Assembly (NCBI GenBank): GCA_964016885.1
Contig: OZ024742.1
Span: 306,962,001 to 307,026,000 of the forward strand
Direction: 5' to 3'
Length of the DNA stretch: 64,000 nt
From: Eledone cirrhosa
Lineage: Eukaryota
Part shown: positions 51,228 to 62,169 of the stretch, piece after piece
Position numbering within the stretch: the first letter of the stretch is position 1
Layout of the letters: each line of letters opens with the position of its first letter
The notes under the pieces: generated by a model
The model's input: only the letters and a program-made list of their open reading frames with translations
What the model was told of the DNA's origin: nothing
Database searches by the model: none
Position numbers and translations under genes: made by a program

Positions 51228-54200
51228 CTATAGGCGCATGGTCAGAGTAGGCCCATTCACACGAGCCATTCTCGCCACATTCACCCACCTTTTAGCAAAT
51301 GTACTGGGGGGGGGGGGGCAGCACTTCTCTCTCCACCCTCACCCTCCTTTCCAGGTGAAACTTGAAGAAGTTGATGAGGGATTGGCCGAAGAGAAAAGTG
51401 TCTGTCTTTAGTCCTTTCAACCTGGTCCACCATATAATCTCTTTCGCAACTGCCACCAGACAGAGGAAAATGTCCTGCTCTTCCTGACCTAAGGAAGGTG
51501 GCGGCTCGATCTTCACTATGGACTCGGCCGATAACCGGATTCGTTCCACACGCGACAGTAGCTGTTCGACATAACTCCACAAGTCAGTAATGCACGGACA
51601 TTGCACAAGTGCGTGCAGAACGGTTTCGTCGTTCTGTGCGCATCTTGGGCAGGTCCGTCTGACAGCACTTCCGTGCCTGTAGAGTTTATCCCGAACCGGC
51701 AGTTCCCCCCGGTAGCACTGCCAAGCGAGGGATTTCTGGAAATTGTCCATCGTCCCCGGCTCAAAAGTCCTCCGGTACAGACTGGTCAGTTCGACTTCGT
51801 CGAGGCCCAAAGCTTCTCCGAGTGCGTCATCGCACTTGCCCACCACTAATCCTCTATAGAACTCGAGAGTGGAAGTTCCACTGATCGCATTGCCCGCTTG
51901 GTAGAGGGCAGTGCGTGCCTGGCAACATTCCAGGTGCCAGTCACCCAGTCTCGGTCTCTTCTTGACCCAGGACTGCAGCTCAGTCAAAGAAATGAGCTGC
52001 GGAAAGGCCCGTCTGATAAACGGCGACCACACCTGTTCACCATTGAGGCAGAATATCTGGAGATGTCGCAACCTCAACGCATGTCTGCGCATCATTAGCC
52101 ACGGCATGCCCAGCCCTCCGCGTAGAGGGTGCTGGCAGCAGATGGACCGCCTCACCAATGGAACTTGTCCCCTCCACAAGAATTTGAAGAGGAGCCGTTC
52201 CAACTTGACGAGGCGCGGACGGGGGCAAGGCACGACGGTTAGGCGGTAATAGATGACGGACGCGATGTACGCATTCGCCACCTCCGCGCGACCTTTCAGT
52301 GATAGCTTCCTCCCAGCCCATTTTTAGGTGAGACTGGCGACTCTGCTCGTTACCTCGTCCCAATTCTTTTCCACCTGGAGGTCTGGTCCGAACGAAACCC
52401 CGAGCAACTTTACTGGTCCGTCCGTCCAGCGCCCCACGACGCTGTTGGACGGCATGGGCTTGCCTCTCAAGGTTCCGAGCTGCAAGCCCACCGACTTTTC
52501 CGGGTTAAGTTTGGCTCCTGTCAACCTTTCATATTCCTTCAATAAGGTGCCGACCACCTCGATTTCTGAGGTGTTCGACACCATCACGGTGATGTCGTCC
52601 GCATAAGCCGACACCGCCTTTCCACGTCCCGGTTCGAGCGGGATGCCCTGCAACAGCTCCAGCTTCCGCAGTAAAGGCTCGAGAGTCAATACGTACAGAA
52701 GGGAAGAGAGAGGGCACCCTTGACGGACCGATCGGGAGAGCCGAAATGGTTCCGAGAGATGGCCATTAACCTTGACCACCGAGCGTGTGCCGCTGTGCAT
52801 TGCAACGATCCAGCTTCTAAAGACAGGGCCGAAGCCAGCTGCTTTGAGGACAAACTCCAGATACCGATGGTCGACCCTATCGAATGCTTTCGATTGATCT
52901 AAATTGATCAGTGCCCCACCGAAGCCAGGTTTACACCCTACCCTCTCTATGATGTATCGCATGAGGTGGAGATTGTCGTGTATGGACCTGGCTAGGATTG
53001 CGCAAGTTTGCGCCTCCCCAACCAAATCCTCGACGACAAGCGCCAATCTCTTTGCTAACACCTTGGCCAAAATCTTAAACTCTGTGTTGAGCAGAGTTAT
53101 GGGCCTGAAGTTGTCTAATGTATCCCTCTTGTTCTCGTCTTTCCTTATCAGCGTCACCACTCCCCTGCTCACAGAACTGGGAATACTCCCATTCTGCTGC
53201 CAGTTACAGTAGAGTGCTTCGAGGAGGTCGGAGAACAAGTCTGGCATATTTACGTAAAGCTCGTAGGGCAGGCCATCCAAACTGGGTGACTTGCGCCTCA
53301 TGCAGCCGACAAGGGCGTCCTGAATTTCGGCTGAAGTAATCGGCCTTTCGCGGCGCTCAGCGTCGACCGTCGAGATGCGCGGCAAGCCGTCAAGGTAGGG
53401 ACTGAAATCCGCTACTCTCTCTGACTCGCCACTCTCCCCGAACAACCGAGCAAAGTGCTGGCGAAAGGCCTCACACATCCGCTTAGAATCGCTTATCTCG
53501 TGTCTGTCTCGGTCCGCCAAAGACCGAATTGTGGTTTTATTACCACGCTGCGCTTCCGCCACGCGGGCCCATCGAACAGCTTTAGTTCCCTCGTTTCTCA
53601 GCGCACGCGCCTTAGCTCTGACAATGCAACCTTCGTGTTTGGAATTGAAGAAATGATCTAATGTCATTCTCGCCGCTAGCACGTCAGTTGCGATGCCACT
53701 ACAAATAGCCTCGTCTAACTTATCTACCAGCTCCCCCTCCTTTCTATTTTTCTCTAACGCTAGTTCTTTGCTGAACTCTATCGAAGTTACTCTAATCTCT
53801 CTTTTGAGAGCCCCCCCCCCCCACCATCTGTTGTTGATGATCCCCCCTGTCAACTTTTGCTTAACTAACTTATTGACTCGGTCCCTGTAAGCCTTACGTG
53901 CCGGAAATGACATGTTCAGCTTCCAGTAACCCGGTCCTAACCTACGCGTTTTATTTAGGTCGACCGTACAGATCACAAATTTGTGATCTGAATAGGCGAC
54001 CGTTTTAAAAAGCGGACAGCCCACACTATTTCTATCTATTTTCCTAATGAAGATTTTGTCTATATACGATCTAGATGACCCCATTCGGTTGGTCCATGTC
54101 CATACTGGCACATTGGGGAAGTCTAGTCGATACCTGTCAGACAGTTGGAACTGGCTGAGTAGGTGCTTGAGGCTTTTGCACCCCCCGCTCCTATCGGCTA

Positions 54201-54663
54201 CTCCCACACAATCCCAGCGTGCGTCTAAGATGCCATTCCAGTCCCCTGCTAACAGTAAAGGGCGAGACGTACCCAGAAAGGTCTCCAGGCGCCTAAATAA
54301 GTCAGGTCGTCCGGCCCCTGTAGGGGCGTAGACGGCCAGCAGTCTAAAGGCACCACCTTCGCTACTGCTCACATCCAAGACCACCAACTTACCGTCCGGG
54401 TCCCGGAAGATCGACCTTACCTCGAGATCCAGTCCTTTCCTAAACAGCACTGCCACCCCACCCCCCATTCCCGGCCTGCTAACAGATGCGAAGATCTGAT
54501 AGTCGTCGAAAATGGGGGCTAGTGCACGCGTGTCGGAAATTCTGGTCTCGCTTACGGCAATCACATCCATTTCCAGCGACCGGAGGTCGTTGAGCAGGCG
54601 ACCCTGCTTCCAGGGTGACCCCAGGCCGCGAACATTTAAACTTCCTACTCTTAATATGGCCAT
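51228..54663 (-). pseudogene. Tx1 ORF2 APE-RT with an in-frame stop at 52324 and a G-run frameshift at ~51310
   Basis: SLNVRGL..GDWN..SDHK..RQGCPLS..AYADD..CPRC. Confidence 0.93.
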
Positions 54664-54672
54664 ATTGGTAAG

Positions 54673-56643
54673 CTAAGAGAGAGAGAGGGAAGGTTTACTT
54701 ACCTCCCGGGTCTTGTGAAGGTCGGGTGGTTCGACCTCCATGGTTGGTGGGGTTTCTTTTGGGAACCCCTTTAAAAGTCTTGATGTGGGTTTCACATTCG
54801 GGTTTCCCACGTCTTGAGGAAAGCTCTCTCGAATTTCTTTGAAGGAATTGAGTGACATTCGGACCAGAAGCAAATCTTCTGGCACGCAAAATGTGCTCAT
54901 TTCAAAAATCTCCCCTCTGTTTGAATGTCCTCGCTTCGCGCTAAGAGGGCCATCAGTTTATCGTTGGCCCTTCTGACAAGCACGAAGTTTTTAACATTTT
55001 GTTGGTGTGGTTTTATTTGTTTTCGTTTTGGTGAAGGTGGTGGCGATGGTTTTGGTGGTGTTGTTTCGGGTATGTCTATGTTTGTTGTAGGTGTGGTGTC
55101 TGCAATTTCAGGTATTTGTGTGTTTATTTGTACTTGTGTTTGTTTAGGTTGTTTGCGTTTCGGGGATTGTGGAGGTGGTGTCGATGTTGCTGATGGTGCT
55201 GATGTTATTGGGGAAGGGTCTGCGTTAGTGGTGTCTGTATTTTTTGTTGTGTGTGTTTTTGTGTTTTGTTGGGGCTTTTTTTTTTTTGTGAGTTTTCTCT
55301 GTTTTTTTGCACTTTTGGGTTTTCCTTCATCTTCGGTGCTGGAAGACAAAGGGTCTGTGTCTGTGAGTGTCTCTGTGTCTGTGTGTGCGTTTATTTTTTT
55401 TTTTGTCTATGTATATAGTTGGGGGGGTAGGGGGAGTGGGAGAGCTTTCCTCGTTTTCTCCTTGGATTGGTTTTGGTGTTGGTGGTGATCCGGCTGCTTT
55501 TGATGTTGGTGTCCGTGTTTTTGTTGATGTTGTTTTTGGTGGTGGTGGTGGTGCAGCTTTCCGTGCTGACACTGGCGTTGGCAACAAAGGAGGTTTGCGA
55601 CCCCCTGCATTTTTGCGCTGAGGGCAGAAGGCTTGAAGATGCGTGGCTTCCCCGCAAACGAAGCAACGTGGCCTTCTTCCGTCAATCATTAGTTGGATTG
55701 TTGTCCCGTCCTGCAGGCGGGCAAAATCTGGGATGTTATTTATATCCTCCGGTTTCATTTGGAGAAGAATCTCCAAATCCATTCCGGACCAGTCTTCTCT
55801 CTCTGTCCTTTTGATGTCCAGGAGGGTGGTGTCTGTCCCCTCCTCGATTACGCATCCCAGCAGCCACCATATGTTCATTCCTGGTGGGATGCTGGGAATG
55901 CGTACCTTCACTGTCCTTTTACCCATATAGGACGGATGCATGATAATGCGTTCCGTTCTGCAGGGGATCACCGAGTGCTTAATAGCGAGGGCCTCGGATT
56001 TGAACAGTACCGAGATGGTACCGAACTGTTTGCCTCTTGCTTTGTACTCTATGTTACTTCCGATGTACTCCAAAGCAGCCTCTACCTCTGCTTGGCTCGC
56101 AAGTTCCACTTTTCGTGTCTGCACCGAAATACATCGAAAGAGCACCGTCCTCCTTTGCATGGCCGCTATTGCCTCGTCCGGGATGGTCAGGTTTTCCCAG
56201 GACTTCTCCCGTTTAATTAGCCTCCACGCTTTGGCCAACTGTTCGTCTTTATCGCTAATATCAATATCGATATTCAATAAGCGCTTTGTTTTTGCTGCTG
56301 CTGCTGCAGCAAATGTGGTGTTTCTGATGCTCTTATTGTTGTTGTTGTCATTCTTGCTGTTGCCACCGCCATCCTTGTTTACATTGAAGCTGTCGGTGTT
56401 TTTGTCGTTATTGCTCTGAGTTGTTGTTGTGGTGGTGGTGGCGGTGGTGGTGATGTCGTTTTCAGATGATACTGCTGCTCTGGCAGAAGGTTGTGATGGT
56501 AGCTTTTTAGTTTTGCCTTCACATTCAGCAGAGTGGATGACAGGCATGACTGTAGCCGTCGTAGTCGTGGTGAAATCTGCAGTGGCTGCCTTTAAACTTT
56601 TGACCTGAACGTTGTTTACCGTTTCACGGTCGAAAATTTCCAT
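54673..56643 (-). pseudogene. Tx1 ORF1 type E, frameshifted
   Basis: CFVCGEATHLQAFC knuckle; core homologous to the B and D ORF1. Confidence 0.85.
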
Positions 56644-57072
56644 AATTTTCTTTTGGTGGGGAATCGATTTTTTTTCGAAGATTTTAAAAATAAATCTGAA
56701 TATTCGAGCTTAAAGCCCGAATATTGAGAGGTATCCCTCTCTTTAAATCAAGATGTGTACCTTAAGTTTCGTTAATGACAAGAAAATACAAAAAAAAGAC
56801 ACTTTAAAACAGCTTAAAGCTACGAACCTTTTCCCCGCAGACTTGTCTGTCTTCACACATGTGCGGCCATAATAATAATAATAATAAAAGCACACAAATA
56901 AACATACATATCTCTACTTTCTTTATTTCAATAGAAAGTCTGAATTCTCACACCCCAGCGAACCAGCCATATTCACTGAACCAGAACAATTCTCCCATCC
57001 CATTTCTCTTGACCATTATCTTTTGTTTGGCACAAAATTCTCTAAAAGGCTACAAAATAAAATCCCAGATAC

Positions 57073-57325
57073 TCACGCGAAATTTAATAAACTTGTTCAC
57101 GTGACAGTCATAATTTCATTTATAACCAATCAAATTACATTTTTTTTAAAAAGCCTTCGTGAGTCCCCCTTTTTTTAATTAAAAAGAAATTCAAACACAA
57201 ACTGGCGCGAAAGCTGATGTGCTTATTCACGTGACTGCATCAACCAACCAAACTTCACTCATATATGAAAAAACAACCTGACGCGAAATGTATTATACTT
57301 ATTCACCAACCAATCAAATTACTTC
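57073..57325. promoter_or_regulatory. Triplicated CGCGAAA / TTCACGTGAC / CCAAT motif cassette
   Basis: CGCGAAA at ~57076, 57206 and 57282; TTCACGTGAC at 57096 and 57226; ACCAATCAAATTAC at 57125 and 57309. Confidence 0.4.
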
Positions 57326-57893
57326 TCTAAAAACCTGGCATTTCGAGCCACTTTTTTCCATATAAAACAAGTAACATTCAAAGACCAACCAGATGTGAGA
57401 TAAACCACAGACCCTCCATCTCAACCCTACTTTTGAAAAGCAGAAGAACTGTGAAACCGGTAAAGGAAGCAAATAAATATATATATATTTTTTTTTAAAG
57501 ATTCCATTTATCGTTTTCGGTGTGCCCGGCCGACTGATCTCACTCGATATGCAAATTAGGCTGCTCAGCCATTAATATGCATAAGGAAAGTATATACTTT
57601 CAGACGTTCAACCATCTGACAGGAAGGTATACGATACTGACGATAGCTAATAAGCTTGAAACTAGTACATCGTTCCTGTGTCAGTGTTGAACAAAAAGAT
57701 GACGTGGTTGCCTAAACACTGTACGGCGTAATTCGGGCTGTTTGTTTGTTTACAAACAAACAAACCGAGCAATATAATAAATGTTCGGTAAACCGATACG
57801 TGCATATATATATGTGTGCATGTATGTATATATGTATACATACTAATGTACGTCTGTATACATATATGTATGTACGTATACATACATACATAC

Positions 57894-57945
<52 letters not shown>

Positions 57946-58901
57946 GCTTGTGTGTCTGTGTCTACATGTATGTTTGCATGCATGAATGAATAAACTATGC
58001 TTTAGATTTAGTAGAATGTACAACCACTGATTCCAGCTATTTGCACTATCGTATGTTTTGGTTTCTAGTAATTCCCTGGGGAATTGGTTGACCAAATGCT
58101 TTGCTTAATTGTTTTATTTATTGTTCAAGAATGTATTCTTTCTCTTAGATTTCTGGTATTTTTTGAAAGCAAAGTATTAGTCCTTAAAATACTACAGTGG
58201 GCCCTGCGATGCTACTGTGGGCTCTTGCAATGCTACCATGAGCCAGCTGGGGCCCACTTGCCATTGAGAAACCTGTTAATCTGGCCAGTCCGCCACTGTA
58301 TGTATGTATATTTATGTGTGCGTGTGTGTGTAAGCGCGTGTATGTGTGTATATCTGCGTGTGTGTGTGAGAGAGAGAGAGGGGGAGCGTGCGTACGCGTA
58401 TGTTTGTGTGCGTGTGTATGTGTTTATGTGGTAATTAGTATTATGATGAGACGGTTTATGCGTGTATGTGATAGTGGTATGACAAGATTGTTTTCGCACT
58501 ATCAATTAATTCCGCTAGGTTCAGGGCCCATGTTAAAGGAAAGAAAAATGTGAAAGCCTCTCTTTTTTCAGTGTAGCTTCACTGACATTAAGCCGGCTGT
58601 AAAAGATCTATGCGGTGAGACTTGGGAATTATGCCTTCATGTTAGTTGGCAGAACCTAGAGTGTACACTGAGAAAAACTGACCCACATACATACATACAT
58701 ACATACATACATACATACATGAATATATAAATGTTTTATTGTTTTTCCATTGTGATCCTGTCTCTATTTGTACTCCTGAAGGAGGGCTTAAACCCGACAC
58801 ATCGAACTTTCTTTCCTCTTTTCAATATAAAGCCTGAAACTAATAAGAATTTTTGTACCACTGTTTGTTGTCTTTTTGAACTATATATATATATATATAT
58901 A

Positions 58902-59109
58902 TATAACGAAGGAAATGTGGTAAGGAACCAGGTGAACCATAACGCACCAAAGTACTCAATACTTAGGGTAGTAGAGTGGGTAATAGGAACGAGTAGGACC
59001 CCGACGGCTGAGCTCAAGCCGTTTCGACGGCTAATTCTGGACTAAAAAGTTAGTCCAGAATTAGCCGTCGAAACAGCTTGAGCTCAGCCGTCGGGGTCCT
59101 ACTCGTTCC

Positions 59110-59112
<3 letters not shown>
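58902..59112 (-). mobile_element. Penelope-like palindromic element, copy 3 of 3
   Basis: ~63-bp arms (58983-59112) with one mismatch and a 4-nt loop; in (TA)n. Confidence 0.72.
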
Positions 59113-59167
<55 letters not shown>

Positions 59168-59489
59168 GGGGGGTATGGTCTGTCGGTATTGAAGCAGATA
59201 AAAAGAAGCGTTCAACGACCTATATAAATGGTGCAAGTCGGAGCATTATATATTAATATAAGGTCGGAGGCCATATTGTTGATTCAAGTTAATTTTAAAT
59301 TCCGTTATACATATTTCACTGAGGACTATCAGTTATGATAACTTGAGCTCTTCAGACGGCAAAATCTAAAGTAAACATTCAAAGTTCCTAAGGAACCTTT
59401 AAATTTGGAAAAATCCAATAATTTCCCCTAAAAATATTTTCTTTTCATGATACAGGAGGGCGGCCGAACGCGTGCTATTGTTTCTTCGA

Positions 59490-59720
59490 CGGCTGAATTG
59501 AGAGATCACAGCTCCTATACTATAGGCATGTGGTTAGAATGTCGCAGGAAAGAATCGCTGGACAGGCAAAACCACACGACAGGAGACCCAGGGGTAGACC
59601 CCGAGCAAGATGGTTGGATAACATCCATGAGCTTGGCTGGTCGCGTTCCGGGTGGGAGAGGGACCAAGCCAGATCAGTTGGAGTCAGTTGCTTATGATAG
59701 GAATGTCAGTAAATATCTCC
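59490..59720 (+). mobile_element. Degraded RTE-clade 3' fragment
   Basis: agacccaggggtagaccccgagcaagatggttggataacatc translates to RPRGRPRARWLDNI. Confidence 0.65.
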
Positions 59721-59939
59721 AAATTCTTATTTTCAAAACTATATTAAAATACTATACTTCATTATAAATATTGTAACGAAAGGGTTAAATGTGTCAAAAT
59801 ATTTCTGGCCATTTTCTGAAACACAAAATATCCAGATATTTATCTGTCTTTGCAAAATCAGGAATAACCATTGATAGTTTGACAGATCCAGATCCCTGAT
59901 TAATATACTTGTAACCATTCATTATCATACTGAAGATCA

Positions 59940-60067
59940 CCATCATCATCAGTATCATCATCGTTATCATCATCATCATCATCATCATCATTCTCATCAT
60001 AATCTTCTTCTTCTTCTTCTTCTTCTTCTTCTTCTTCTTCTTCTTCTTCTTCTTCTTCTTCTTCTTC
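59940..60067. repeat. (ATC)n-(TTC)n microsatellite
   Basis: Direct reading. Confidence 0.95.
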
Positions 60068-60219
60068 ACCATGTGTCACCGAGGGATCTTCTACTTGGTT
60101 ACTCGATTTGCTAGAAATAGCTACAATACCCCCTCGTGCCACACCTTAACATCTTAATATAATTGTGATACGTTGTCTGAAAAATACATTGAGATGGTCA
60201 TTGCTTCGTGGCCTCTATC

Positions 60220-61515
60220 AGATGCAGGTGACCCCTAAGGAAGAGTTCATTATCCTTGGGTCACCGATCCTCCTGCTTGCCATTCACTCTACCCTTACAT
60301 TCAAACTAGGTCAGCTAGAATCTATGACAAGTAAACTGAGCCTGATTGACGCCCACCCGTTGCTCTTTCTGTTGACGAACTGCTTCACTATGCCGAAGCT
60401 CTTATACAACTTCTGCAGTACCCAAGAATCTCTCCTTACAGATCTCGACACCTGCATCCGACTGGCTGTTGAGGAAACATGCACCGTCCGGTTTGACAAC
60501 ACTGGATAAAAGCAAGTCACCTTACCAATCAAATAAGGTGGTCTTGGACTTAGGTCTCCTGTCCCACTGTCCCTGCCTGCTTTCCTTTCGTCGGTGCCCG
60601 CTTGCCATAACCCCATCGACAAGGTTCTCCACTACAAACTGAACCAACGGCCTACACGACATGGAACCAGCTCAGCCTCGTCCTGTGAACGTCCATCCAC
60701 CTCTCACCTTCGTAGATGTCCATTCCCCTCAAACTAAATGGGAGGCCATCCTTTGCAACACGATTTCAGACGGGTTGGTGCACCCATTCGACCAGCACCG
60801 TCTGGCATGTTTCCGCTCGGCATCCCAACCCTACAGTGATGCCTGACTCAACACAATTCCCTCACTTACAACTGGCATTTAGCTGGATAGCGACTGCTTC
60901 CACATTGGTGTTTCGCTGAGGTTCGGCCTCCACGTCTGTGAACTTCACAAATACCTCTGCGGAGCCATTGTGGATATTTTCGGTCTCTGACCACTGTCAT
61001 GCCATTACAGTGCTGGCCGCTCCCACGTCATGCTGCTTTCAACGAGATCATAAAGCATGGCCTGGTGGGAACAAGCTTCTCTTCTCAGCTTCAGCCAGCA
61101 TGGCTGGCAACCTGGTACGTTTGGTTACCAGTCCTGGCTCTGCTGCCCGCCAAACCGAAGAGAGCAAACTGTCCAAGTATCGGCCGCGCTCAGATAGGTT
61201 GGTGGTAGAGCCTGTAGCAGTGGAGACTTCCGGCGTTCTTGGACCCTGGTCCACTACCCTACTCACTGCTGTCGGAGCGGACCTGGCAAGCTCCGCGAAA
61301 CAGAGTGGCTGTTCCAGCGCGTTTCCTCACCACCCTCCGGAGCAATGTATTCTCCATCCTGTCGGGCGGGACCCAGAGGTGGGGAACAAGTTAGTTGCAA
61401 CTAGGGGATATTCCTTCGGGTGTCACTCTCTCTCTCTAAAACACACTTTCAGACACACGATTGTATTAAACATTTCCAATATTTTAAAGATTCTATTGAA
61501 CACGTAAAAACTCTA
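60220..61515 (+). mobile_element. Degraded CRE-clade RLE non-LTR retrotransposon, 3' portion
   Basis: ILGSPI..LLTNCFTMPKLLY; LPIK*GGLGLRSP..LPAFLSS; RHAAFNEIIK; AARQTEESKLSKY..PVAVETSGVLG; followed by (TTC)n. Confidence 0.75.
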
Positions 61516-62169
61516 TCTTCTTCTTCTTCTTCTTCTTCTTCTTCTTCTTCTTCTTCTTCTTCTTCTCAATTCCATCTCTCTTTCCTATTTCTATTTCGTA
61601 TCTCATTCTACGTTTTCTCTCACGTGACATACTCGCATACACACACACACACATACACATACACACAATGATTACAACAGAGAACTAGAACTTACTGGTT
61701 AGCCATAAACACATCGTAATCTATTCAAAATTCGTCAATCCTATTTAAAAATGTATCTTTCCTATGTATGAAAGGAATTCCGCAGAAACACATCTTTGAC
61801 GCATAAAGTAACGAGAACTAAGTGTATAATTCACGTTTTTAACATCAACACATGTTGTATGATACAATGATGGAATTAGAAGAATGTGGTGGAAAAATAT
61901 ACTGAAGCTTTTAGGCACGTGTGGCATTTAAATGTGTTATTTTCTATAATTGCTGTTGTCGTTGTTATGTTTGTTGCTACAGTGGAGTTGGGTCTTGGAA
62001 GACCGCTAATCAGGCAACAAGATGACATTAACTGAATATGTGTATGTGCTCTCTAAGTTTAGTTCTTTGTTTGCTATGTAATGTAATATATAATCTAGTT
62101 TCGATTCTAATGAAAGAACATTAACTTTTTGCTTTTTTTAAATACGTTCTTGATAGTATTGTTTTAGAG

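Larger units (their letters stand above)
50951..56868 (-). mobile_element. Tx1 element E, full length (~5.9 kb), distinct family
   Basis: (AAT)n at 50930-50950 and 56869-56887; 5' end GGCCGCAC. Confidence 0.95.

Noticed and set aside
54673-54702. 30-nt GT..AG micro-intron fusing ORF1 to ORF2 in element E
   Set aside because: Too short for typical splicing, and no equivalent AG exists in B or D
30607-56419. Antisense and alternate-frame ORFs inside the LINEs (e.g. 33793-34302, 46260-46745, 35794-36429)
   Set aside because: Shadows of the true ORF1/ORF2; they recur only because the elements are homologous
58195-58298. Possible tiny MITE (TA-CAGTGG...CCACTG-TA)
   Set aside because: Only 6 bp of terminal match; insufficient support
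59794-60142. Poly-K/M and poly-E/D ORFs
   Set aside because: Translations of the (TTC)n and (ATC)n microsatellites
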